IMG/VR virus record: IMGVR_UViG_3300022695_000008
Span: 1-37,046 of that record
Source: a virus
Lineage: Duplodnaviria; Caudoviricetes
DNA: 37,046 bases
Direction: 5' to 3' (one strand)
The first letter of the stretch is position 1, and the number at the start of each line of letters is the position of its first letter. Below, piece after piece: positions 24,678-33,888 of the stretch. The notes beneath the pieces were generated by a model. That model was not told where the DNA came from. It did no database searches and saw only the letters and a program-made list of their open reading frames with translations. A program made the translations under genes and the position numbers.

Positions 24678-24694
24678 GGCTCTTGACTAGACCC
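24678..24694 (+). promoter_or_regulatory. conserved 17-mer, copy 2 (boxA-like)
   Basis: GGCTCTTGACTAGACCC. Confidence 0.6.
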
Positions 24695-24721
24695 GAAACG
24701 CAAATATTTTGAGGTCGCCAT

Positions 24722-25714
24722 ATGGGCAAGTCTAAGCCACCCGCTCCGCCAGATCCTAAAGAAACTGCCGCTGGCTCGACCAGTACCAACATCGGCACGG
24801 CTATCGCTAATACCACGATGGGCAACGTTAACCGTTACACGCCTAACGGAACGCTGGAGTACACGCAGCGCGGCTCGCAAAAATGGTCGGATCCGTTTAC
24901 GGGCAAAACCTATGATGTGCCGCAATTTTCCGCGACTGAAACGTTATCACCGGGTCAACAGGCTATTTTTGACCAATCGCAGCAGGCCAAGCTTGGTTTG
25001 TCGCAAGGGGCCAATCACCTATCCAATGCGCTTGCACAACGCAGCACTGCGCCCATTGATACAACGGCTGTTGAAAACAGGCTAAATGATTTGGGTCGCC
25101 AACGGCTTGACCCTCGTTTTGCTCGTGAACAAGCCACGCTTGAAAACCGCCTAGCCAATCAGGGGCTGACCCAAGGCTCGGCGGCGTGGGATGCAGAAAT
25201 GCAAAACTTCGGGCAAAACAAAAACGACGCTTACAACCAGCTGGCTCTTAATGGGCGCGGTCAAGCTACGTCCGAAGCAATGGCTTTGCGTAACCAGCCC
25301 ATCAACGAAATCAGCGCATTGCTGTCAGGGTCGCAAGTTCAAACGCCAAACTTTGGGATTAACTCCCCATCCAAGATGGCGACAACAGACGTTGCCGGGC
25401 TTGTAAACAACAATTACAACCAGCGGCTCGGAATATACAACCAGCAACAGGCACAACAGCAGCAGCTTATGGGCGGGCTGTTTGGGCTGTTTAGCAAGGG
25501 GCTTATGGCGTCTGATCGGCGATTGAAAAAAGACATTGTATTGATCGGCAACAACGGGCTTAACATTTATCAATACCGCTACAAGTGGGAGAACAGCAAC
25601 GTTCCGTTGCGCACTGGTTACATGGCCCAAGAGGTTGTGGTTAAATTCCCTGATGCTGTTAGGCACTTTGGCAAGTGGATGGCAATCGACTATTCAAAAT
25701 TGGAGGCTGTATAA
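24722..25714 (+). CDS. DNA ejection/pilot protein with C-terminal S74 autocleaving chaperone domain
   Basis: MGKSKPPAPPDP start, Q/N-rich helical body, SDRRLKKDI...GYMAQEV...PDAV. Confidence 0.75.
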   Translation: MGKSKPPAPPDPKETAAGSTSTNIGTAIANTTMGNVNRYTPNGTLEYTQRGSQKWSDPFTGKTYDVPQFSATETLSPGQQAIFDQSQQAKLGLSQGANHLSNALAQRSTAPIDTTAVENRLNDLGRQRLDPRFAREQATLENRLANQGLTQGSAAWDAEMQNFGQNKNDAYNQLALNGRGQATSEAMALRNQPINEISALLSGSQVQTPNFGINSPSKMATTDVAGLVNNNYNQRLGIYNQQQAQQQQLMGGLFGLFSKGLMASDRRLKKDIVLIGNNGLNIYQYRYKWENSNVPLRTGYMAQEVVVKFPDAVRHFGKWMAIDYSKLEAV

Positions 25715-27688
25715 ATGGGCTTCATTTTTGGCGGGGATACCAAACTTACTTATCAACAGTTGCAGCGTAACCGTGAATTAGCAAAGCAGATGCTTTCGCG
25801 TCGTGGTGGCACACCTCGCAATGTGGGCGAGGGCCTTAATGCCATTGGGGACGCCCTGCTTTACCGTAGCCTGACCAACAAGGCCAACAAGCGCGAAGGT
25901 GAGTTGCAATCAGCACTTGGCAAGCAATGGGGCGCATTGTTCCCCGGCGCCGGTGCGCAACAACCGCAAATGCAGGCTGGTCTAGCCCCACAAATGGGCG
26001 GTGCAGGCATGGGCGGTGCATCGTATGACGCGCAAGACCCCCGCAATGAAGCGGCGCGGAACAGTCAACGTAATAACCCTGTTTTGCAGGGCGACATAGC
26101 GCAGTATGCAAATGGCATTGCGTCAGTTGAAAGTGCAGGGTCAGGCGACTACTCCGCCGTAGGCCCTGCCACGAAAAACGGCTCGAAAGCATACGGTCGT
26201 TATCAGGTAATGGACTTTAACATCCCAGCTTGGACCAAAAAGCATGTTGGGCGGTCCATGACGCCCCAAGAATTCCTTGCTGACCCTGCCGCGCAGGATG
26301 CCGTGTTCAATGGCGAATTCGGAGCGTCTGTTCAAAAATACGGCAACCCGCAAGACGCAGCGTCGGTGTGGTTTTCCGGGCAACCCCAAAAAGGCAACAA
26401 CGCCTCCGACGGGTATAATACCGTTCCGCAATACTTGAAGAAATTCAATGCCGCGCTTGGCCAACAACCCGCGCCACAACAAGCGCAGCAAGCACAACAG
26501 CCGCAAGCGCAGTCAGGGCCGAGCGTCCAACAGTTAATAGCTGTTATGGGCAACCCAATGGCGAACCCTGCACAACGGCAATATGCTAGCACTTTGCTAC
26601 AGCAACGAATGCAGGCTAATCAGCCCATGAGCGAGATGGATAACCTGAAACTTCAGGAAGAGCGGCTCAAGCTCGAACAGATGAAAAACCCACAAGCGGC
26701 TAATCGCCGTATTGTGAAAGGACAGGATGGGCGTCAGTATTACGCTGACACGCAAGAACCTGTCTTGCCAAACGTGAACGCCCCCGAAGCTGGTTCGCAG
26801 ATATTTAGCGGCAAATCAGTTGAAGCCCAAGCGCTTAATCAGCTTGTCGAGATGGGCAACCTTTCCAAATCGCAGGCGCTCGAAATAGCGGCGGGTAAAA
26901 CCGTGACTGGTAAAGACGGCGAAATCATATTCCTGACACCTTCGGGGATATTTGCCAAAGACCCGCGCAACGGCCTTGTGACACCTGTTGGCCAGCAACC
27001 AGCCGCAACGCCCGCCCCTGCGCCTGCCACGCCACAAGGCGTAGCGCCTGACGCCATGCAACAATCGCCAGATATTATGCACCTACAGCCGGGCATGCAA
27101 CAGCCTAGCCCGATGGACTATGGCCCACAGCTAACCCCGCAAACGCCCCAAGTGGGTCAGCCCCAAGCCCCTGTAATGCAGCCCCCGGCACAGGCGCCCG
27201 AAGGGTACGGCCAAGGGGCCATCCAGTTAACTCCCAAGAAACGGCTCAAACTGTCAGATGCTGAAAGCAAAAGCGTGGGCTTTTACGAGCGTTCAAAAAA
27301 CTCGCATGGCCTGTTGAACAAGTTAGAAGATCAAGGGCTAAGCTTCAAAGGCAAAGCCCTGAACGCAGTTCCGTTTGGAATGGGTAACTTTGCGCAGACA
27401 GAAGAATACCAAAAATACGATCAAGCGCGGCGCGACTTCGTGAACGCTATCCTTCGCCGTGAATCCGGCGCGGTTATCAACCCAGAGGAATTCAAAAACG
27501 CAGATATTCAATACTTCCCACAGCCGGGCGATGGACCGGAGGTTATTGCACAAAAACGCCGCAACCGCGAATTGGCGGTTCAAGGACTGCTTGTATCAAC
27601 AGGCCGTTACGGACAGGAATTGCAGCAAAAGAACGCGCAACCAGCCGCGCCAAATCAGCGCGACCCTTTAGGATTGTTTAGCCAATGA
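25715..27688 (+). CDS. internal virion/ejection protein with lytic transglycosylase domain
   Basis: IASVESAGSGDY and AYGRYQVM SLT-like motifs; Q/P-rich linkers. Confidence 0.78.
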   Translation: MGFIFGGDTKLTYQQLQRNRELAKQMLSRRGGTPRNVGEGLNAIGDALLYRSLTNKANKREGELQSALGKQWGALFPGAGAQQPQMQAGLAPQMGGAGMGGASYDAQDPRNEAARNSQRNNPVLQGDIAQYANGIASVESAGSGDYSAVGPATKNGSKAYGRYQVMDFNIPAWTKKHVGRSMTPQEFLADPAAQDAVFNGEFGASVQKYGNPQDAASVWFSGQPQKGNNASDGYNTVPQYLKKFNAALGQQPAPQQAQQAQQPQAQSGPSVQQLIAVMGNPMANPAQRQYASTLLQQRMQANQPMSEMDNLKLQEERLKLEQMKNPQAANRRIVKGQDGRQYYADTQEPVLPNVNAPEAGSQIFSGKSVEAQALNQLVEMGNLSKSQALEIAAGKTVTGKDGEIIFLTPSGIFAKDPRNGLVTPVGQQPAATPAPAPATPQGVAPDAMQQSPDIMHLQPGMQQPSPMDYGPQLTPQTPQVGQPQAPVMQPPAQAPEGYGQGAIQLTPKKRLKLSDAESKSVGFYERSKNSHGLLNKLEDQGLSFKGKALNAVPFGMGNFAQTEEYQKYDQARRDFVNAILRRESGAVINPEEFKNADIQYFPQPGDGPEVIAQKRRNRELAVQGLLVSTGRYGQELQQKNAQPAAPNQRDPLGLFSQ

Positions 27689-29943
27689 CCGAAGTTTTAC
27701 CCCGCGCCGCTGGTTATCCGCAATCTCTGTATTCAGATCCAGCCGCGCAACCCGCGAACCAAATCACAATGGACCAAGTGCGGGCCAAATACCCGCAATA
27801 TGCCAACGTCTCAGACGGCGATTTGTTGGTGGGCTTGTACAAAAGCAAGTACGCTGACCAGATGCACATCAGCGACTTTCTAGGGTCGATTGATGGCGGC
27901 ATGTTTGCGGTGCAAAAAACAGGCACTGACCTAACCCGGCAAAAGTTTATGGAGGCAGTGTCACAGCCGCGCCCGAACGAAACGCCCGACCAGACTTTTC
28001 AACGAACTGGCGGCTCGGCTAATGGCCCTGTAGGTGATACCGGTGGGGCTGGCATGAATGCGTTGCGGCAAGGCGCACAGGGCGCTACGTTTGGCGCGGC
28101 GGACGAAATGACCGCTCTGGGCGCGTCAGTGTTTGGCGGCAAGTCATACGATAAAGTTCTGCAACAAGAGCGTGACCGGCTTGGAATGGGTATGGCAAAC
28201 CACCCTGTTCAATCGGTTGCGGCAAACATGGTTGGCGGCGCGATACCAGCGGCGAAGGCTGGCAAGGCGGCAATCGGCACGGGTAGCATGCTGGAACAGA
28301 GTTTGCGGTCAATGGGGGCTGGTGCGACAGGCGGTGCAGCGTATGGGTTTGGCGCGGGTGAAGGCGGCTTTAGAAACCGTTCCCGTTCAATGGCGGCTGG
28401 TGCGGCTGTTGGTGGGGTTGGCGGCTTGGTGGCGCCTAAGATAGTGCAGGGTATGGCGGTTGGCTCTCGAGGTATGGGGAAATTTTTACCGTCTAGCGAT
28501 GCACGCGAAGTCCTTGGCTTTGGCAGCAATGCAATGGCAGACCGCAAAGTGGCAAGTATGGTTGCAGAGGCGTTGCAAAATAGAAAAACAGTGCCGCAAT
28601 CGTCTGAATTTATGCCGGGCATGATGCTCGGTGATGTACTGGACAACGGCAGCGCAATGAACGGAGTTGTACGCTCGAACGGTCCGGGCCGTGAACGTAT
28701 TATTTCAGCTTTGAAGCAACGGCAACTGGGGCAAGGAACGCGAGTTACTCAGGGTGTTGAAGACTCCTTTGGAACCAACGGTTCAGCCCGTAAACATGCA
28801 GCGGCTTTGACAGAGGGCAGAACGCTCGTAGCCAATTTTGATTACGGTTTGGCGCGGGAACAAGCGGCGGCTGTCCGGCCTAGTTCTGTGATTGCCAAAC
28901 TTGACGAGCATGTGGTGCCTAAGGGACGCACTGGTGATATTCCCAAAGGTACGGGCAAAACCAAAATTGCCAAGGTAATGGGCAAATACAAAAAGATGCT
29001 TGTCAATAAAAAGGGCAAGATGGTTACGGACTACGACGCCTTGTTAGCGGTTCGAAAATCCATGAGTGACGAAGCTTTCAAGCTAAAGGCCAAGCATCCA
29101 AACGCGGCCAAGGAACTGCGTGGTGTGCTAACCAGCATGGATGAAATGCTTTCAAAAGGTAGCCCATCCTACAAGCAGGCATTAAGCAACTTCCGCGAAG
29201 AAAGCAAAATCATCGACGGCGTGAAGCTGGGTGCAGAAATGGGCAAAGGTTCAGCATGGAGGGCGGTTGACGCGATTGGCAAGTTTAATGAGTTCGCGGC
29301 TCCTCGGTCACCTTCTGGTCATGTGTTTAGAAAGCCAAAGCCAACAGGTGTAAGCCCCACTGCGGACCTATACACGCAACGCGCTTATGAGGACGCCAAG
29401 TTGTTGGCCGACCGGCGCGGGGATGCCGTGCGTTCTGGGTTTTCGGACGGGATAACAGGCAAAATTGCAAACCAGCGGCCATACGCAGACAAAACGGCGG
29501 GGCTGGTTGAAGGCAATATGGACACCCACGCTAAGCTAATGGGCATGGCTAAAGACCCTGCGCAACTGGCGCGGGTATTGCGTGACGAAAGCAAGATGAA
29601 CCAGACTTTCGCCAAGGTCACCCAAGGGTCGCAAACAGCGGATAATGCAACAGATGTGTTGAAAATCGAAGGCATTGACGCGGGTATCTTAAGCGCCTTG
29701 ATGAGCGGTAAACCAGTGCGGGCAGGGGTCAATGCGGCACGAGGTGCGGCCAACGTGGTAACGGGAAACAGCAAGGCTTACAGAAATGCGCTATCGCATC
29801 GCCTGTTGGCAACGGGTGATAAAATGGACGCGGCGATTGCTATGGCACTCAACCGAAGCAAGCGGCTATCCGCTCGACGGGCTTTGCAGGCATCAACACT
29901 GACAGGCAGCGCAAACGCGCAAATTAATCGGAGTTCGAAATGA
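27685..29943 (+). CDS. large internal virion/ejection protein
   Basis: QGATFGAADE motif, Gly/Ala-rich hydrophobic segments; position before the tail fibre. Confidence 0.72.
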   Translation: MTEVLPRAAGYPQSLYSDPAAQPANQITMDQVRAKYPQYANVSDGDLLVGLYKSKYADQMHISDFLGSIDGGMFAVQKTGTDLTRQKFMEAVSQPRPNETPDQTFQRTGGSANGPVGDTGGAGMNALRQGAQGATFGAADEMTALGASVFGGKSYDKVLQQERDRLGMGMANHPVQSVAANMVGGAIPAAKAGKAAIGTGSMLEQSLRSMGAGATGGAAYGFGAGEGGFRNRSRSMAAGAAVGGVGGLVAPKIVQGMAVGSRGMGKFLPSSDAREVLGFGSNAMADRKVASMVAEALQNRKTVPQSSEFMPGMMLGDVLDNGSAMNGVVRSNGPGRERIISALKQRQLGQGTRVTQGVEDSFGTNGSARKHAAALTEGRTLVANFDYGLAREQAAAVRPSSVIAKLDEHVVPKGRTGDIPKGTGKTKIAKVMGKYKKMLVNKKGKMVTDYDALLAVRKSMSDEAFKLKAKHPNAAKELRGVLTSMDEMLSKGSPSYKQALSNFREESKIIDGVKLGAEMGKGSAWRAVDAIGKFNEFAAPRSPSGHVFRKPKPTGVSPTADLYTQRAYEDAKLLADRRGDAVRSGFSDGITGKIANQRPYADKTAGLVEGNMDTHAKLMGMAKDPAQLARVLRDESKMNQTFAKVTQGSQTADNATDVLKIEGIDAGILSALMSGKPVRAGVNAARGAANVVTGNSKAYRNALSHRLLATGDKMDAAIAMALNRSKRLSARRALQASTLTGSANAQINRSSK

Positions 29944-31136
29944 GCAGAAACGGGTCAGGCGTATATTCGCTTCCAGCGGGATCAACGGCGGTTACAGGTG
30001 ATGTAGCGGCAGCATCGGTGCATAACACGCCGCTGACGGATCTTGAAACGGACATGAACACGGCGCGGCCAGTTGTTGCGGGTGGTACGGGTGCCACGTC
30101 CAGAACGGCGGCTAGACAAAACCTGTACATTGACGGGAACTACATTACCACGGCGGTTGATTACATCCCGCTTTCGCCTGATCGTAGCAAAGTAATTCGC
30201 GGCACGGCGGCACTTACTTTGAACCTAACGGCGGCGGCAACGCTTGCGGACGGCTGGTTTATTGATGTGATAGCGGATGGCGGGATAGTAACCGTAGACC
30301 CCAACGGTGCAGAATTGATTGACGGGGCCACAACGATAACTATTGCAGACGGAAACCAAGCGAGGATTGTTTGCACCGGCACGGCTTTTTACAGCATGTT
30401 TCAGGCACCGCCGGCGGGGGCTTCTATTGCCAACGTGGTTGAAGATACAACCCCGCAACTAGGCGGTAGTTTGGACGGCCAAGGGAACGACATTACCAAA
30501 CTCGGCACGTTATCATTGACAGAGCAAGCAGCGGCAAACGCAGACGTTGCGGGCGACGGGCAGCTTTGGGTTAAAACAGCAACCCCGAATGAATTGTGGT
30601 TTACGGATGACACAGGGACCGACGTACAGTTGGGGGCATCGAGTGGTGGAGGATGGACGTCTGTTAGCGTGACTGAACCCACATCGGACGTAGCGTCCAT
30701 CATTGTTACAGGGTTGTCGGGGTATCGTAAAGTCAGAATGACGTGGCTGGCGGGTTGCACCACGTCTGGCTCCTCGAACCCCATCCAAGTGTTTGTCAGG
30801 GCGGCGGCCGGCACATGGCGGGTTATGGGGCAGGGTTACGCTTCATTCGGTTCAGACTCTTTGTTAGGAACAGTTATTATTGACAATTTCGACAACTCCC
30901 AAGGAGGCAATTTGAGGATAGCAGCAGGGTTTGAAGGTCAGCCCAATAACGCCATCGGCGTTATAGATAGATCAAGTAACTCCACGTACTTATCGAACAC
31001 GGGATTTAAGAACATTCTAGGCTACTCGTCTTACACTGAAACCCTTGATGAAGTCAAAATACAGTTTACTGTTGGTAATATACAAGGTGCAACGGCGGAC
31101 AAAAGGTCGTGGTTAATGGTTGAAGGGCACGCATAA
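29940..31136 (+). CDS. tail fibre protein
   Basis: MSRNGSGVYSLP anchor, GGTGATS..AAR.NL and DTTPQLGGSLD fibre motifs. Confidence 0.8.
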   Translation: MSRNGSGVYSLPAGSTAVTGDVAAASVHNTPLTDLETDMNTARPVVAGGTGATSRTAARQNLYIDGNYITTAVDYIPLSPDRSKVIRGTAALTLNLTAAATLADGWFIDVIADGGIVTVDPNGAELIDGATTITIADGNQARIVCTGTAFYSMFQAPPAGASIANVVEDTTPQLGGSLDGQGNDITKLGTLSLTEQAAANADVAGDGQLWVKTATPNELWFTDDTGTDVQLGASSGGGWTSVSVTEPTSDVASIIVTGLSGYRKVRMTWLAGCTTSGSSNPIQVFVRAAAGTWRVMGQGYASFGSDSLLGTVIIDNFDNSQGGNLRIAAGFEGQPNNAIGVIDRSSNSTYLSNTGFKNILGYSSYTETLDEVKIQFTVGNIQGATADKRSWLMVEGHA

Positions 31137-31399
31137 TGAAACAGATAATTGATGGCGTATACGTCGATATGACACCCGCAGAAATAGCGCAAAGGCAGCT
31201 CGAAGCGGCACCAACACCGGAAGGCATCAGAGCCGAGCGCGACAGTAAACTAGCTTCAAGCGACTGGGTTATTTTGAAAGCGTTTGAGACAGGCGCAGCG
31301 ATCCCCGCATCGTGGGCCACCTATCGCCAAGCCCTGCGAGACGTACCCACGCAAGCGGGTTTTCCGAACAACGTAACTTGGCCGACAGTGCCAGCATAA
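31136..31399 (+). CDS. tail fibre assembly chaperone
   Basis: IRAERDSKLASSDW...WATYRQALRDVP.Q.GFP..V.WP. Confidence 0.85.
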   Translation: MKQIIDGVYVDMTPAEIAQRQLEAAPTPEGIRAERDSKLASSDWVILKAFETGAAIPASWATYRQALRDVPTQAGFPNNVTWPTVPA

Positions 31400-31411
31400 G
31401 GAGGCCGTAAA

Positions 31412-31765
31412 ATGGCTACTATCACACCAACGGTTACTCGTGACCAAGCAGACAGCAAATACACGGTGACTTGGACCAACGTAACAGCGGCGGACGCCTG
31501 CGCGGCGTTTAGCTTTGAGGCATTGGCCGAGAACATCACGGTTGAAGCAGACGACACAACCTCTTGGGGCGGCGCCACATTAACAATGGTGGGCAGCAAC
31601 GGCGGCACCGGCAACGCTTGTACAGCCATGAATAACAGCACGGCATCTTGGACAGCCAACGCCCTGTTTAGTATTCGGCAGCGGCCAGCTTCTATCACGC
31701 CAACATTCTCCGGCGGTGTGGGGCAAAGCGTGACAGTCTATATGACGGTTTGGTTTGATGACTAG
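31412..31765 (+). CDS. hypothetical beta-rich protein, possibly structural
   Basis: AAGGAGG RBS; Thr-rich 117-aa ORF. Confidence 0.7.
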   Translation: MATITPTVTRDQADSKYTVTWTNVTAADACAAFSFEALAENITVEADDTTSWGGATLTMVGSNGGTGNACTAMNNSTASWTANALFSIRQRPASITPTFSGGVGQSVTVYMTVWFDD

Positions 31766-32186
31766 ACACTTAGACCAAACCCGCAAGCAAATTGAAATGT
31801 ACATGGCCGCGTATGGCGTGGTTTTTGGCGCTGGACTGATGGTATTGCTTGCCGCTGGTGGCCAGCCGCTTTACTGGTTGCAGGTCAGCCAAAACACCCA
31901 AACGGACGTGGCGTTGCTAATACTGTTTGCCGGTGTGGTGCATGCTCTCGGAATACAGATTAACGGGCGGTGGCGGTGGTCACCAGCGCTAAGGCTTGCA
32001 GGGATGGCCGCACACGCCTCCGCTATGACTTGGCTCACAGGCGCGGCGTTTATAGCCACTGTGGGGTCTTATTATGGTGTGGCATCAGGCGTGGTGACAT
32101 ATGGTCCGTTCGCGTGGGCTTTCTGGTGCTTGGCGTTCGGCTCTTGGGTCGATCTAAAACGTTCGCTGGCACTGTGGAGAATATAA
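31755..32186 (+). CDS. multi-TM membrane protein
   Basis: About four hydrophobic segments; upstream of the lysis genes. Confidence 0.7.
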   Translation: MMTRHLDQTRKQIEMYMAAYGVVFGAGLMVLLAAGGQPLYWLQVSQNTQTDVALLILFAGVVHALGIQINGRWRWSPALRLAGMAAHASAMTWLTGAAFIATVGSYYGVASGVVTYGPFAWAFWCLAFGSWVDLKRSLALWRI

Positions 32187-32187
32187 C

Positions 32188-32487
32188 ATGGACAAGCTAT
32201 TTTCAGGGGTCAGCACACCGGAAGGCTTAGTTGGCACGGCGTTGACCTTGGCGTTTATTTGGATCATGTACCAGAGCATTAAAAGCATGAAGGTCAGCAC
32301 AAGCGACACCGACCCAGTTGTGGGAGCGCTGGCCAAATTGTCCGGCGCTATTAAAACCAACAGTGACTTGTGTCAAAAGCAACTTGACGAGTTCAGAAGC
32401 AACAACAATCTGTTCGTGGGACTTGGCCTGAAGATGGACCAAATCAACGATACGCTGAAAGAGATTGAGCGCAACACGCGCAAGTAG
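32188..32487 (+). CDS. single-TM coiled-coil protein (holin/antiholin-like)
   Basis: GGAG RBS; N-terminal TM LVGTALTLAFIWIMY. Confidence 0.6.
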   Translation: MDKLFSGVSTPEGLVGTALTLAFIWIMYQSIKSMKVSTSDTDPVVGALAKLSGAIKTNSDLCQKQLDEFRSNNNLFVGLGLKMDQINDTLKEIERNTRK

Positions 32488-32517
32488 TTGACATTTTGCC
32501 CCTTTTCGGTGTTTAAT
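32488..32517 (+). promoter_or_regulatory. putative promoter upstream of the endolysin
   Basis: TTGACA, 18-nt spacer, TTTAAT with preceding TG-rich bases. Confidence 0.4.
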
Positions 32518-32523
32518 GCGGCC

Positions 32524-32688
32524 ATGTCAAAATGGTTGCACAACCTTTCGTTCGGAGACACAGAAGAAAGTCTGTGTAGTCGCGCTTGGCGGTTGCAACA
32601 CAAGTCTAACTTTTGGGCGGTATGGGTCTCGATATGGGGCCACCGCCATTGCAAAGCCTCATGGCTTTATTATTGGAGGGGTAGATGA
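32524..32688 (+). CDS. small hypothetical protein
   Basis: ATG 32524, MSKWLHNLSFGDTEESLCSRAW...HC; stop overlaps the endolysin start. Confidence 0.5.
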   Translation: MSKWLHNLSFGDTEESLCSRAWRLQHKSNFWAVWVSIWGHRHCKASWLYYWRGR

Positions 32689-33368
32689 CACCTAACAAAG
32701 AAACCGTTGACCTAATCAAACAGTTTGAAGGTGTGCGTCTGGAGGCATACCGCGACAGCGTGGGCGTTTGGACGATAGGATACGGATTAACCACAGGGGC
32801 GTTGCCCGATATTGTGGTTGAGCGGGGCATGCATATTTCGGAGCGTGAGGCGGAGATGTATTTCGCCCGCGTGTTGGAACTGTTTGGCAATGACATTCTT
32901 GTCATGATGACACGGCAACCCACTCCCAATCAATACGGCGCTATGTTGTCGCTGGCGTATAACATCGGCCTTGGCGCGTTTCGCAAATCCACATGTCTTC
33001 GCCGGTTTAACGCTGGCGACATTGAAGGCGCGGCTGCGGCGCTGACGTGGTTCAACAAGGCGGGCGGCAAAGTGTTGTCCGGTCTTACACGTCGTCGAAC
33101 AGCAGAGGCAGAGTTGTTCCTGCGGGACAAAATTGTAAGCAATACGCTGCCAACACCTGACCCCATCAAGCCTCCCCACAAATCCACAACTAACATTGCG
33201 GCGGCAACGGCCGGTTTAAGCATGGCGGCGTCAGCATCGAGCGACGTGCAGCGTGTGGTTTCCAATCTCGGCATTGACCCTAAATGGCTATTGTTGGCCG
33301 TGGGTCTTGCGGCGGTCGGATGGATCATCAAAGAACGCCTTGCCAAGTTGCGGACCGAGGGTGTTTAG
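32685..33368 (+). CDS. endolysin (GH24 lysozyme) with hydrophobic C-terminal tail
   Basis: E-x8-D-x5-T triad in FEGVRLEAYRDSVGVWTIGYG; AYNIG, WFNKAGG, GLTRRR..E..LF. Confidence 0.95.
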   Translation: MTPNKETVDLIKQFEGVRLEAYRDSVGVWTIGYGLTTGALPDIVVERGMHISEREAEMYFARVLELFGNDILVMMTRQPTPNQYGAMLSLAYNIGLGAFRKSTCLRRFNAGDIEGAAAALTWFNKAGGKVLSGLTRRRTAEAELFLRDKIVSNTLPTPDPIKPPHKSTTNIAAATAGLSMAASASSDVQRVVSNLGIDPKWLLLAVGLAAVGWIIKERLAKLRTEGV

Positions 33369-33726
33369 CCTCCTACTCAAATGGCTGACAGGCGGGGTTC
33401 TTGACCGCGTGTTGGACACGGTTGACCGAAAGGTTAAATCCGAAACCGACCGCGAGAAAATCAAGGGCGATATAATCCGCGAACATTACCGCACCAGAGC
33501 CGCGTGGATGCGAGCGGGGGGCTTTTGGCTAATGCTGGCCTTTGCGTTGCCTCTTGCCTTCTGGTGGGCCTCTGTGTTGCTCTATAGCGTGTTCTGGTGT
33601 GGTGGGTGTGCTTTCCCGCAAGGATGGGCCATTGCCGCTATACCGCCCCCGCTCGACCAATGGGCAGGCGGTATTATTGTTTCCATATTCGGGGTTATCG
33701 GCGTTTCGAGATTGGGCGGCAAATGA
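33361..33726 (+). CDS. holin-like protein (GTA 3TM holin-like)
   Basis: GTG start at 33361 overlapping the endolysin; amphipathic N-terminus, TM segments, IPPPL..W...IIVSIFG. Confidence 0.6.
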   Translation: MFSLLLKWLTGGVLDRVLDTVDRKVKSETDREKIKGDIIREHYRTRAAWMRAGGFWLMLAFALPLAFWWASVLLYSVFWCGGCAFPQGWAIAAIPPPLDQWAGGIIVSIFGVIGVSRLGGK

Positions 33727-33887
33727 TTGTTCTGGTGGTCATGTGGTTCAACGGCGCAACTTGGATTATTCCCGGCGGATGGGAACCTCGTGCGGCACCG
33801 GATTTTGTAACCTGCGAAAAACGACTTCGGTTTGCCGAAAGATACTTGGCTGACCCTCTTTTCCGTTTCAAATGTATGAGGGTCTAA
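33723..33887 (+). CDS. small hypothetical protein (54 aa)
   Basis: ATGA overlap at 33723; MIVLVVMWF...TCE...FKC. Confidence 0.55.
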   Translation: MIVLVVMWFNGATWIIPGGWEPRAAPDFVTCEKRLRFAERYLADPLFRFKCMRV

Positions 33888-33888
33888 C

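Noticed and set aside
29940-31399. Diversity-generating retroelement or invertible tail fibre
   Set aside because: No reverse transcriptase, invertase or template repeat was seen.
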